This document shows, piece by piece, positions 1 through 12,782 of a DNA stretch of 64,000 bases. A program made the position numbers and the translations under genes. Source of the stretch: Lytechinus pictus (taxonomy: Eukaryota). Position 1 is the first letter of the stretch, and each line of letters begins with the position of its first letter. The notes under the pieces are model-generated. The model was not told the origin of the DNA and made no database searches. It was given only the letters and a program-made list of their open reading frames with translations. Location of the stretch: NCBI RefSeq assembly GCF_037042905.1, contig NC_087251.1, forward strand, positions 34,846,001 through 34,910,000, read 5' to 3'.

Positions 1-404
1 GTCGATGATGTCCATCACTCTATTTCTTTTGTTTTTGATTGTTTGAATAATACAATATTTCTATTTTACAGATTTGACAATAAGGACCAACTTAACTTAA
101 CCATAAACTGTTAAAACAATGGTAATTCCACATGTTCAGGGAGAAATTAACCTTTGTTTTACTTGACAAGGAGGAGAAAATTAGAATATTTCGTATTTCC
201 TATAATAAAATACAAAAGAAATAGTGATTGGGTGACGTCATCAGTCTGCCAATTTGCATACCGACCAGGATGTGCATACATGTAACTGTTTTGTGAAATT
301 AAGCGAAAATTTTAAAATGTCATAACTTTCTTATTTTACATCCGATTTCGATGAAATTTTTCAAATTTTTTCAAATCAACTTTTTGTTTGGGTGGACTTG
401 TCCT
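1..404. mobile_element. Kolobok-like non-autonomous DNA transposon, right part (cut by window edge)
   Basis: Ends ...ggtggacttgtcct|TTAA; internal similarity to the 37218-37820 element (gatgatgtc, tgac.tcatcagt blocks). Confidence 0.6.
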
Positions 405-486
405 TTAAAAACAATGAAAACCCGAACGAGACGTCTTTTTTCTCACCCATCCTCATGATTTTTTCCCGGGATTTTTCCAGCGCTAC

Positions 487-713
487 GGTGCATGGGATAA
501 CACAATTCGCTCCTGGGACAATGATATTGCTCAGGGCACAATTTCGTCTGAGATGTAGGGCTAGGTTTGCAATAGGGTTTTATGTTAGGGTTATAGGTTT
601 AGTACTATAGGGTAGGTATTAAACCCAGGTTTGAAGTTGGTCATTCAAATAGTGTGTGGAATAATTTAGAGCGGAGCAATATATTGTCACAGGGGCACGA
701 ATGTCATGGAACC
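487..713. repeat. Interspersed repeat with gggtta-rich core and inverted ends; related fragments at about 30200-30420 and 33220-33315
   Basis: Shared ends (catttgctcc / ggagcaa...tgtcatgg..cc) flank a ttaggg-like core in these places. Confidence 0.5.
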
Positions 714-2789
714 GAAGATAATTATAATGCCGTTCCTCTTTGTTTCCGACCGTCAATCGCAAGGTCAAACGTATTTAGGATATGTTTTTTTTTCCAAAGC
801 TTTTTTGTAAGACTATAGCGAAACGTGTTTAGGGTATGTTTTTTCCCCAAAGTTTTTTCCCCGGGGTCATATTCTGGCGACAACTTGTTTAGGGGCCAAA
901 ATGTGTAAATAAAGCCCGCGAAAAAATTGTTAAGGTTTTTTTTTTGCACACAGAGAAAAACTCGTTTAGGGGGTATTTGGAAATAGTTTGAGAACGCGTG
1001 TGTACAGCAATACATTTGACCCCCCCCCCCCCGGGTTTCCCCATATTATTATACCCAGTTTTGCCCCGCTTCGCATATCGACTATATTTTGGGCATTGAA
1101 ATAGCTAGAAGAAAAACTAGAATTTGGTCGAAGTTATGTGAATGATCTCTATTTAATCATGTGACACAAAATTTTCGCGTTTTTCTCCAACTTACTTCCC
1201 CCATTCTACAGGTCAATACTTTTGGCAAGCAGATTACTCGGTTTTTTTAAGAGGCTAGCATAAAATTCGTGTCGTGTTATATATAAAGAAATATACAAGA
1301 CTTCTATTATCATGATTATATTTGATGAAACGTTTAACGTTATCATCGAGGAAAGAACTATCTTGTATAGCTGTCAGGGTAAGAAAAGATTTTAAAAATA
1401 AAGAAAGAAAAAAAAAAAGAAAGAGGGAGGGAGGGAGGGAGGAAGGAAGGAAGAAAAGAAAGAATTATAATGAAAGAAAGTATAAAGAATCTGAACTAAT
1501 CCGTCGCGTGCTTGAGAAATATGGCGCAGATAAATCAATTTTAATGACGTAATTTGTATTTTAGCGGGTATTTTGGTGAGTGATAGCGCCTGTACTTCGA
1601 TGTGTGTTACGATGATTCTTGACTGTGCTTGTGTTGGGGTGAATGCATGTGTGCTGGGCATGGGGATGTGATTGACTGTGCTGGCGCGACATGTGAATTT
1701 GTGAAATGAGTTGAATTTTCTGGCGAGTTTTCTAACGTCAGCAGGCAATGCATTGAATATCAAAAAAATTATTTCAAGATTGAAAATCATTAATGGGATT
1801 CCAGTAAGTGCCAATTCTGTTCAAATTTGATAAACTTCATTCTTCCTTGGGCTATTCGATTTGATGGACAATTGTAAAAATAAGTTATAGATCTAACAAT
1901 AACAGTTACAAATATTGAAATAATAAACATTATGTGAATAATTAACAATTAATTCAATAATCATTTAACATTTGAACAATTGAACAGTATTAAACATTAT
2001 GTAAACGAACATACAGGCAGCTGGAAACTGCAACGCGAAACCATGCCCAGAGTTAAAAAAGAGATTGACTCTGGAAAACTGAACATGGCTCCATGGTAAT
2101 GAAAATGACCCCCCCCCATGCATTTTTTACCCTTACATATATATTAATATGGAATAATGTTTAAATCATTCGCTTGACATGAACATTTTGTTTTACAACA
2201 ATACAGTACCTGACATCAGTAATACATCAATAGATTTTTATTGCAATATACATTTCCATAGATTTCCAATCAATTGTATATATTATGCATATATATCTAT
2301 ATATATATATATATATATATATATTTCTACTCATAAAATATTAATATTGAGCATGCATCGATCACATAATTCGAGCTTGACATGGCCTGACAATCATTTG
2401 AATAAAAAATAGCAAAAAAAATAGTAAATAGTAAGGACCTCCCTCATCACTGATGTCAAAAAACGGGGCGAGAAAATGCCCCCTTGATTTTTAAAAAAAT
2501 AGTAAGATATCAAATAGTAAGGACCTCCCTCATCACTGCTTTAAAAAAACCCGGACGATCAACTACTATCTTTTTTTACTTGGCCTTAACTGATACATCC
2601 TATTCATGATTACAAAAGTGCTATAAATGTCCAGTTTTCAGGCAATAATATCATCAGATTTCGCGCCCTCATTAGGCATTAATGAATAAGATATTAATTT
2701 AGAAATTAAATTGTTCCTTTTGTTTGATCTCACGCTTAATAAGAGCAATAGGAAGATAGTCATCATTTTCATAATTATGATGACATGTC

Positions 2790-3778
2790 CTATAAGGATG
2801 TCCCGGGCTATGTCAAAACTCAAAGTAATAATAATGGAACATATCAGCTCTTTATTAAGTGCGATCCATATCCACCTCACAACTATCCCACGAAGTGCTT
2901 GAAATATAAGAAAGCATATATTGACTCTTTTTTCAGTCGAAATATCAAAAAGTCTAAGCTCGCACTTCGCGCTCGCTTTGATTTTCATGTTGAAAGATGT
3001 ATTTAGAATGCCTAGATGCTAGGTCTAAATATGCCAACACACGCGTGCATGTTTATTCAGATACTCAACTTGTTCTCTTTTTAAATCATTATCCAGTTTC
3101 AGATCACAATATCAAAAATGTTCTGCTCGCACTTTGCGCTCACATTATTGATGCAAGGGAGATCCCCATTTACTCATCCTTTTCATGATTTACAAAACAT
3201 GAATAGAGCTAGTGTCTCGTTCAGTAGGTCTATCTCGAAATTTTCCGCTCGCGCTTCGCGCTCGCATCAATTGTTTAGTTATATACCTATTCTGTTTAAG
3301 TTACAAAAGTGCTTAGAATTTCCATTCTGTAGGTAAAACTGTCAAAAAAATTCAGCTCGCGCTCGCATTATTTGATTTTTATAATATGAAACGTGTTCAT
3401 AGCTAACTGTAATCAGTCTTTAACAGGTACCTCTTCTATCAGCTCATTTCTGCACGCGCTTTGCGTTCGTAGTAATTATTTAGTTGCATACACGGCTTTT
3501 TTTTCAGGATAAACAGTGCCCAGAATGTTCAAATTTAAGGAAAAATACATAAAATTTCCGAAAAAATTTAGCTCGCGCTTCGCGCTCGCATTATATAAAT
3601 AAGGATTATGATATTATATATTCATGTTGATTTATAAGAATAAGACTAAGAAGTGACTATTAGGACTGCCCCTTCAAAGAAACAAAATAATCATCTGCGA
3701 GCGGCCGATCGGGGAAAATATGGCTGGAAAAAATTCTGGCCCCCCCCCCCCCATTGGCGAAGGCTGGATCCGCCCCTG
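2790..3778. repeat. Interspersed repeat with periodic GCTCGCGCTTCGCGCTCGC motifs
   Basis: Six motif variants at about 2958, 3125, 3247, 3355, 3452 and 3571; terminus ...ggctggatccgcccctg. The left boundary is uncertain. Confidence 0.6.
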
Positions 3779-3789
3779 CTGTATGTGTC

Positions 3790-3865
3790 GTGGCCAGGGA
3801 CTCGAACCCCGGACTTTCAAATGTCTAGCTAGTCAGGCGCCTTCGACCCCTCGGCCACTGCACCT
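3790..3865 (-). mobile_element. tRNA-derived SINE head
   Basis: Minus-strand A box TGGCCGAGGGG and B box GGTTCGAGTCC; no intact cloverleaf. Confidence 0.6.
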
Positions 3866-3884
3866 TTGATGCATTCCTATCGAT

Positions 3885-3992
3885 TCCCATTTATTTCACC
3901 TGGGTCGAGTACAGCACAACGAAAATTAACGACATGGCTGGGAGTTGAACCCACGACCCTCTGATTGAAAGGAAATAGTCAGAACCACTGAG
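3885..3992 (-). mobile_element. tRNA-derived SINE fragment
   Basis: Minus strand cagtggttctgac...ggtcgtgggttcaactccc followed by tgtgctgtactcgacccaggtgaaataaatggg, similar to the SINE at 54836. Confidence 0.55.
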
Positions 3993-3999
3993 TTTAAAA

Positions 4000-4526
4000 A
4001 TTCACATTTCCAGAATTTCTGCCATAGAAAGTTTAAATTGGTCCGCCGCGGAACATGAGTAGCGCCAGCTATACCGTAGCTGGCTCGCTTCGGGCGATTC
4101 GATCGACGAAAGCTCGCTGCACTGCTCCGGTCGTATCGCTTGAGCGATCCGTGAAAACAATGCAGGCAGCATATCATCATAGCGCATGCAGTTGTCCAGC
4201 GCCAGCGCATGCACCTCATTCTATCAGATTTGTTGGTCCTTGTCGGTGGATAAAACTGGACTAGACGTACCCGGCTGGTAGTAACAAATCTACATTTTAT
4301 TCGCAATCTATGACTTATTAATTTGTTGGAGAACTTAATTACGAAAAGCCAAGACTGAAAGTGGAACCCACTCTCGGTGCAGTTTCTGAAGTTACACAGC
4401 TACCCAGTCACATCTCGAGTTTCTTCACCCTATTTATTTCCGCACGGCCTGGTACGCAAGTTATACGGGGGTTTCGTCGGGGAAGGTGGATCGTAAAGCC
4501 ATTTCAGACAGCCGGGCCTCGCAAAG
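4000..4526 (+). promoter_or_regulatory. Probable Nova promoter/5'UTR region
   Basis: Locally GC- and CpG-richer, apparently non-repeat sequence directly upstream of the start codon. A YY1-like AAGATGGCG motif overlaps the ATG. The TSS cannot be determined. Confidence 0.45.
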
Positions 4527-4737
4527 ATGGCGACAGCAGAATTCGTGACGGGCCCAGGAACACAATCTACTTCGCATTCATTAGTAGTTCCATCTATCCA
4601 CACAATTGTTGGACATCCTATCATCGATATTAACGGTTTGAACGGAGACACTTGTGATTCTAGGAAAAGACCACTGGAATCAGAATCAGAAGGAGGCATG
4701 GCGACAAAAAGAACAAATCTTGGCCCGGGCCCAGTCG
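4527..4737 (+). CDS. Nova: Nova/pasilla-family RNA-binding protein, coding exon 1 (N-terminus with bipartite NLS)
   Basis: ATG in strong context (aagATGG) at 4527. Translation includes DSRKRPLESESEGGMATKRTN, matching the vertebrate NOVA NLS region (DSRKRPLE...TKRTN). Donor G|GTAAGC at 4737/4738 is phase 1 and joins exon 2 in frame. Confidence 0.9.
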
Positions 4738-7700
4738 GTAAGCATGCGCCGTGTCACGTCCCCCATTTTGTGACCAAACTAATCAAACAATTCACACAGT
4801 TAACTATCATGACATAACGCCTTCATAACAATTGAAATGAAAGGCAGATCTAAACAGATTTGAATGTAAATAAATGTCATAAGCTTATTATGATCTTCGG
4901 AGTTCGAATTTTCAATTCAAGTTATTCTATTTAACATTTAAGTTAATTTAACTTAATTCAAAACGAAAAATAGTCTCATGTTTGTATAACATGAAAGTCA
5001 TGAGATCGAGATTTAGATTTAGATTTCCCTCTACTAGGACTAGGCCTACTTTCTATTCCTTTATACTCCCATTTTAGATTCTAGGTGCAGGCCTTTCCTA
5101 AAACATAATCTTCATGTAATCTAATGGTACATGCTGTTTTTTTCTTGCATAGACCATAGTCATAATAGTAGCAAGATAATATGAAATTAAATTATGTTTT
5201 ACTTCACTTGGTTACATGTAGAACAGTTTACACTAAAAAAGAAATGTTGGCTAGTTCCAACAAGTTATCTTAAAAAAAAACATACATGTATATTCGGGTA
5301 TATATTACTTCCTAAGACTAAAGAAGGCAAGAAATCGATAAAGCCATTTATGAAATTTATTCAAGGGTAGAAGAATGCTTAAGTTCAGTCTCAGTTTCAT
5401 TGTTCCGCTGGACTACATGTACAGTATGCCTTGCTTCACTACACCTCCATAGGATTGTAGGAGGAGAAATAAAAATAGATAAAAAGTAAAAAAAAATCCT
5501 CCTAACAGACAAATTTCAGCTGTACTGCAGTAGACCAAAAGGTTCAGTTTCTAGTTTATTGATTGTTCTGCTGGACTATGTCTTATTTCTGATGATTACA
5601 ACGACAAATGTATGTCTTGCTTCACCACATCTCCTGTAGAAAGAGATCACCCCCCCCAAAAAAAAAAGAGAAAGGTTTAAAACTCCAAAGAGATTTCAGC
5701 TCTCTAATTTAAGGGCTGCATTATAAATCACTGCTATTTGAGATTTTGTGTAGAATTCTGTAAATATATACCTAGTATGAGAAAATGCAAACAAGACTTT
5801 CAAGGCTGCAAACTATTATTCGATGAAAAGTGATTCACTCAATTCCATAACACTATGTCAATTATTGCCAGGAGATGTTCATGTATTTTTTTGCTAAATT
5901 ACAGAACAGTTGCCTGCCAGTCAGTTATTTTGGCAATCACTTTGGCAAAAATATGAATACACTGCACAGTATACATCACATTACAAATATATTATTTTGA
6001 TACATTGTTACATGTATCTTTTGATGAAGCCTATCAGAATGAATGGAATCAGATATTAGAACAGTTGTCCAAAATTCTCATTGAAACTCTTTTAACTAAA
6101 AAGAACAAATATTAATATCTGCCAACATTTTTGTGTGTAGAAATACATAAATTTATTTTATGATAAAGAAATTTGTCTGATATCATCATGTAGGTTATTA
6201 AATGGTGGAGCTACGTACATGTACATGTAGGTATCCACTTTGGTTATTGAGTTCACACATGTAATGACATATGGAGGCCATGGACCTAGCACAAATCCAT
6301 GCTGCTCAAGACTAGAAAGTGTTAGGGTGTTGGGATTAACAACTGAAGCAATTGGGTGATGCCTTTCATATTCATTTCTAATGCAGCAGGTTATTTAACT
6401 GTTGCTTTCATCAAAAAGCCAGTATGCAGGGCTTAACCACAATGGCTTGCATAGGATAATCGATACAAGGCAGTTTGGTGCAGTGCAACAATATTGATGT
6501 TTTCACAATGGTCTTTTTATACCCTATGGAGAGGCACAATACAAATCCATAATCTCTTTTGTTCGGTCACAATAACTGTGATTATACTCTGATGACTTGA
6601 GTTATGTGGAATTTTCATTGTTAAAGCAGGATACTTCTTCTTATTGATCTGTAAAAAGAACATAAGAAAAAGCGATAGCCACAAATTAGACCAAGCAATA
6701 TGATCATGCTGACACCAGCATTTTACACATTAATAAAAACTTCATGTACAAGCTACTCTTTATTTGTTGGAGCCTGTAGTGTAGGCATACATACTATAAA
6801 GGCCTACATACTACGTAAGCCTACATTTTTTATTGTGACATTTGTGCTGGAATTTGATTTGATACACATAAAGGCCTACGTTTACCTGATACTTTTCTTT
6901 CTATTATTCTGTGTGTAATGTAATGTTTCACATCTCTTGCCTTTACTATACCTTGCCTAGTTTTCTAGTTTTCTTTCTCCTTTTTAGTATATTTATTGAT
7001 TTGTCTGTCTTTGTTATGAACTTGAAGTTCATGTTTTTTTCTGAGAGAGGGTAGTGATTGTGCTGGTGGTAGTGGTGTGTGTAGGGGGGGGGGGGTATAT
7101 ATGCGTGAGCATGTACATGTGTAAATAGCCAATCTTTATCTTGGTACATCTTCATATAGCCAAAGATTGCTGATACAGACATCACATCTATATTTATTTT
7201 CCAGTATTTAGGAGGCAGAACCCCAGGGTCTTGGTTGAAGGTTGAATGATGACTTACAGCTGAACCATGGGAGAAAAAAAAAATGTATGTGAAATTTCAA
7301 GGCACAGTGGCATGCCAGCCATCGGAAATCATTCTAAAAACAGGAAGCACATGGAAGAGACAATGATGTGAATCTGTAGAATTTGATGGTGCCATATTTC
7401 TTTCTTAAACTCAAAGTAAACAAAAGTTTTGGTAGATTTATCAGGGGAAATGGATTCTGTGTTTTAAATTACAGCTTAGAAAAAGTAGTATTTTGACAAG
7501 AAACTTGGAGACATTTTAAGAATTGGATGGCTCAGAATGGGATACCAGAGATATTCCAAGAGTTAGAGATAACACTGCATGAATCGAAGATGAGTACGAT
7601 TTGTGCAGTACTGGCCTTAACAAGTGGAATATTTATCTGGTATTTTATGAAATAAAGCCATCCAATATAATTATCAATAAAATATAACCCCCCAAAAAAA

Positions 7701-10700
7701 ATCAATAAGAAATGTGACTTATAATATAAACTTCATTCATTAACACTGCACTGTATGCTAGGCATTGCATAGCATTGATTATTGAGTATACTTTGGTATA
7801 TTTTTCAATACTGTTCAATATTGTACCATATCGAATAGGTTTTCATAAAGCACAGTAGATTAGTTAAATCTTGCCAACATTTAGGCCCATAAATTACTTG
7901 TGTCATGATATGTGACTTAACATTGCCAATTGCAAAATTGGAGCTCATCATGCATAATGAATACACTATTGCCTTCATGAACCAACTTTTACCATGGATA
8001 AATGAATGCTACATGTAGTACAGTTACATGTTATTATTCTTATCATTATTATGAATCATGTTGAGAGTTGAAATCTTGTACTACATGACATCATTTCAAA
8101 ATGGATACACTCATGGCTTGTTAGTACGGTGTAGGATCCATGTAGAGAGAGATACAAAATTAGTTTTTGTAAGGAGATATTATGGTGGAAATTCAATATC
8201 ATTGACACAGTATGCAAGTATATTGGAACCTGATACATGTTTGAAGATCTGAATTCAGTGTGCAATGAAAATGATGGTTTTAAAACACTTGGCCATATGT
8301 TGAGCCTCACACAGATAGATTGTGTGTAAACCTTCTAGCTTCTAATTCTGCTGGTACGGTTATAGCACCTTTTGAGTAAAAAATAAAACCCAAGAAACAG
8401 CGAGTCAGCAATCTCCCCAACCCAAGCTGGTTAATGATTATCCAAGTCCCATATGAAAGAGGAACTATGGACCAAATTAAAAAGATAATCCACAGTATAC
8501 AAACATGTACATGTAGGCTCTTAGGTCCACATTTTATTAAGGGCAGTTCTTATCTTTGTTCTTGATGAAGGGGGGGGGGGGGTAAACCAAAGTACATGAA
8601 TCTTGAGTATTAACAGAGCTAACAAATTACAATTTTGCAATTTGTAATGTACGTAAAAATGCATGTACATCATGGTCAGGGGTGTCCTCCTGTACCACCT
8701 GTACTTGTGTCTCCATGCCCATGGTTAAATGAACCCTAACCTGATGCTTTTTTCATAATGGCTTTCTGACTATTTAATTTACTAAACTAGATTGTGATGT
8801 ACATGTAGGTGCTGATTAAAACTAGTTTGACGTGAATTGAAAAATATGAAGCAAATTTACAAATTCCCCTTTCCGTCTACACAGTGAGGCAACTGAGCAA
8901 CCAGAGCCATAAATTAATTGATGTTTGCTCTTTGCTACTCAATAATCGTGGGTGCCAATCAGTCAATAACTATATGAACATTGTCCCAGTTAAAGGGGCG
9001 TTTTTCAGATTGTAACTAATCCTCACAAAAAAAGTGCTCATGGCCATTGAATATTAAGTCTTTTGTGTGTAGCCATTTTCTCCCTGAAAAAGAGAACAGA
9101 ATAAAATATTGAATATTTCACAAATTTTGTTTATTTTCATTTGTTATTCTGGTCTCAATAATAAAAAGAATGAAATTGAAATTAGATTTACATTTGCTTT
9201 TGAGACTTTTGAGTATTAATTTTGTCACAGTGTAACCTTTTTAAAAAGATAGCGAGATATGAAGTCTTTGTCATAATATCACAGGGCAACAAAGCCATGT
9301 CTTGATTTCCTTTCCTTTCTCTCTTTTTAAGATTACTTATGTACCAAACTGAATGAAAATAATGTAGATGTACATGTACTCGATTGTTCATATAGAAGGT
9401 ACTGTACATAAATTAATTTCAAACATGTGTTCATGGTTGATATACTTATAAGAATTGGAATATTGAAAAAAAAATTTAGCAGGGAAAAAATTACACAGGG
9501 GCTTGCGGCAATTTGGGGCAGTATTTTGTGAAAATAGCCCCCGAAAATTAGAAAAAATATGATTTTTTTTCCTGACATGTAGTACATGCATGTACAAGTT
9601 AGAAAGTGGCATCTTGGTAAAAAAAAAAGTAACTCACCCGAATTGTTACCTCTGAGAAATTGGTGGGTTAAAAATATAGGGTGAAATAGTGGCCGAGTAG
9701 ATGATATATAGTTTGGATGTGTTTTGGATTAAAATATAAATTTAGCTTTGGACATAAGATGTGGGACTCGGGGATAGCAGTGAATAGAGGGTGAAGCTTG
9801 CATCCATGTACATGTACATGTATGTACCTTTATGAATTAAAATGAGCGGAAGTTTCTCAGTTTTTCTCTCCAATCCAAACTTGATCATTTACCTCTGTCT
9901 GTGGTTTATTTATTCTTGCTGTGTTGCCTCCTGGATGTAGGATGATTCAATTGTGTGTACTATTATTAGAGCACTGGACAAGTTCTAGTTATTATGTCTC
10001 CACAGACTGACTCGGCATGAACCTCAGTGTGAACAATCGTTGAATTTTTCCTCACTCTTCCTTACCTCTGCCATCATGAAAACAACATCACTAAATGATT
10101 ATTTGTGGGTACCACCTGGTAGAGTTATTGAAACAATATTTAAAAGTTAAATTATCAGTAAATCATACATTTTCACTTTTAGCTCATTTTTATTCATGGT
10201 ACATTTCGTCAGTGCTTTTTTGTGTGTCTTTTTCATAAAAAAAGTATTATTAAAGGAACAAATATCTGTGCTCATACCATTACAGCAAATCTTTATGGAT
10301 ATATATACATATATATATTCATTGAAAAAAAGGCTTTGATCTGTAGAATACAAATACAATCTTCTCTGAAATTAGACACGCATGCAGTTATGATACAGGA
10401 GGCTTACAGACTTTACAACCATGATACTGAATGTGAATTGGCGATAACACAATAGTTCAATATTTAATAAGTAAACGAAACTAACAGATTGAAGCTATCT
10501 TTCTATTCTACATGTATATGCTGCAGTGAACTTTGGAATGTACAAGCCATTTCATTGAGATACGAAGGACGCTATCCATAGAAAGGAATCCATAATTATT
10601 GAAATTGTGTAAAGAGCAATATTTTCTATTGTCACGTCTTATTTTTACGTCCATTGTCATCAAGAAATGAAGTGAAAAGATTCAACTGAGACTCAACCAT

Positions 10701-12404
10701 TTGTAAGAATCATGGGTGAATAACCTGTTAAAATAATTTTAAAGTTGTGAATTTTTCTGCCTGGTAATTGGATTAATTCTAAAAAAATTTTCTTCAGAAT
10801 TCTGTACGGCTCACACTAATGTGTGATTTGTGATACCATTATGTTTGCATGTGAAATAGTAATTTATTTTAAATCTCAAATTGTATGTGTGCTCAATAAT
10901 AAAGGCCTGCACATTGAAAACTGATTATAAACTGAAACTGATGACAGCTTCATTTAGGCTTATGAATATTAATTGGCAAGAGGCTTATTGATTTATCCTC
11001 ATGATTCTATCATTAAATTAAATTATTGTCAAATTAATTTGTTCCAGTTACATGTCAATACAAACTTTAACAAACATGAAATAAATTAAAGAAAATTGAT
11101 TGTTTTACAGAAATATACAAGCATTAATAACATTAAATAAATCAATGGGATAGAACAATTTGAATTAGTTGATGTCTAATAATTCAATTTAGAGTTCAGT
11201 AGTTTTTTTGGTTATAAGGTAAATACTGACAGGCTTCTAGCACTTCTTGTTCTTGTTCCGAAAATATGAAGCAAGGTCGTACATTTTATACAGTTGTGAT
11301 GCCGCATACGTATTTTATTCACGACTTCTCAGCCAAGTAATCCCATAGAATGTCACATGTGGAAGCCAATCCAAAATTATACTGCGCAGGCCTTCATTGA
11401 TATATTTACTGTATTTATAAAGCTTTTTTTTTTCAATTAAAGGAAAAAAAAACCACATGAAATACATGTAGATGTGGGTTGTTTGCTGCAAATTTACCTT
11501 CAAATTCCCTAGGGCAAACCAAATATACTTGCATTCATTCCCCTATGAAGTGTGGAGTATTCGTAGTCCATGCTGGGTGAAAGAAATTGAGGATCAACAG
11601 AGCATGCCTGGCTATATCATGAGTTCCCATGGGGATTGGATTTCAAGATCTTGATGATTTGAAATAGACCCACAACAACCACATGTAGAGGACATGTATA
11701 CATGAACTTGCTCAAGCGAGAACAGCAATGGCAATGGTATATTTATTTTGCATGATGAGCTCCGATTTTTGTGAAGGGGAAGGTTAAGGCCTATGTTTAC
11801 TAAGTGCAAAAGCAGAAACACTTTTGACAAGGAACTTGCAAATTTGCGAAAGTCAGCAGTTTTCATGTCAAGCTAGTACTATTGTATATTTGAAATTTAA
11901 TGTAACTCATCTACCAGTTTTGATTAGATTAAAGTTTTAATAAATTCTGTGATTTAACTTTTTCAACTTAAATACTTACAAACCTGCAAAAATAGTCTAC
12001 AAGATGTACAAATTTAGGAGACAGCCTGCAATATACTTGAACAGGATTTTGTAAGAATAGGCCTGTGTTGTATTACAGTGAGTGCAACATGTCCTGATTA
12101 CATGTTTTTGACATTCGACCACCCAAAGAAAGCAGGATTAATCTTTAAATAAAACTTTCATACTACTGTTTTATTTCTTTTGCAAATTATACATGTACAT
12201 GTAGGTTTACAGGGTATTTGAAATGTAGGAAGAAAAATTATATCTTGCAATCTTGCAATTCAGTTGTTTATACTGCGGGTTATCCAACAAAAACAAAAAC
12301 GGTGGACAGATGATGTTGTTGGCGCGATTGCGCCGGCGCTCCTACCGCGCTCCTACAAAAAAATAAGGAGAACAAAAAATCGCGCTCATAAAAAAAAAAA
12401 AAAA

Positions 12405-12782
12405 AATTGCTAAAATTTCATATTTTACATCTTTATATCCATGAAATGGCCATCTTTTTCCAAATTTCTTGAAATTATTTTGATTTAGTTGAAAACTATC
12501 ACAAAAATGAAGAATATTCACCTCTTTCCCGACTCTGTTTTGAATATAAACTCGGTAAATATTGTAGTCCCATATGTAGATTTTCATGGCAACACCATGG
12601 AAGTCTACATGTGGGACTACAATATTTACCAAGTGCAAGTTCAAATCAGAGTCGGGGAAAGAGGTGAATATTCTTCATTTTTCTGATAGTTTTCAACTAA
12701 ATCAAAATAATTTCAAGGAATTATGGAAAATAGATGGCCGTTTCATGGATTTAAAGATGTAAAATATGAAATTTTAGCAATT
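12405..12782. repeat. Long foldback (about 185-bp arms, near-perfect) centred near 12593
   Basis: aattgctaaaatttcatattttacatcttta... pairs with ...taaagatgtaaaatatgaaattttagcaatt, and pairing continues to the central catggcaacaccatg. Confidence 0.9.

Noticed and set aside
1322..1814. K/R/E-rich ORF and overlapping F/S/P-rich ORF
   Set aside because: Produced by a purine-rich simple-sequence tract at about 1395-1490.
2426..2538. 27-bp direct repeat at 86-bp offset (and a 21-bp tandem duplication at 21518-21559)
   Set aside because: Real, but ordinary local duplications with no evident function.
2950..3595. CRISPR-like repeat-spacer array
   Set aside because: Eukaryotic context, degenerate repeats, long unequal spacers and no cas genes; better explained as a transposon-internal repeat.
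3790..3865. Functional tRNA gene (also 46188, 54836, 61862)
   Set aside because: A and B boxes are present but no complete cloverleaf can be folded, and SINE-like bodies follow in most cases.
4738..4817. Continuation of the exon 1 ORF to a stop (96-aa protein)
   Set aside because: A strong GTAAG donor at 4738 and in-frame joining to KH1 show this tail is intronic.
12342..12686. Opposite-strand ORFs with similar VNIVVP peptides
   Set aside because: Consequence of the foldback palindrome.
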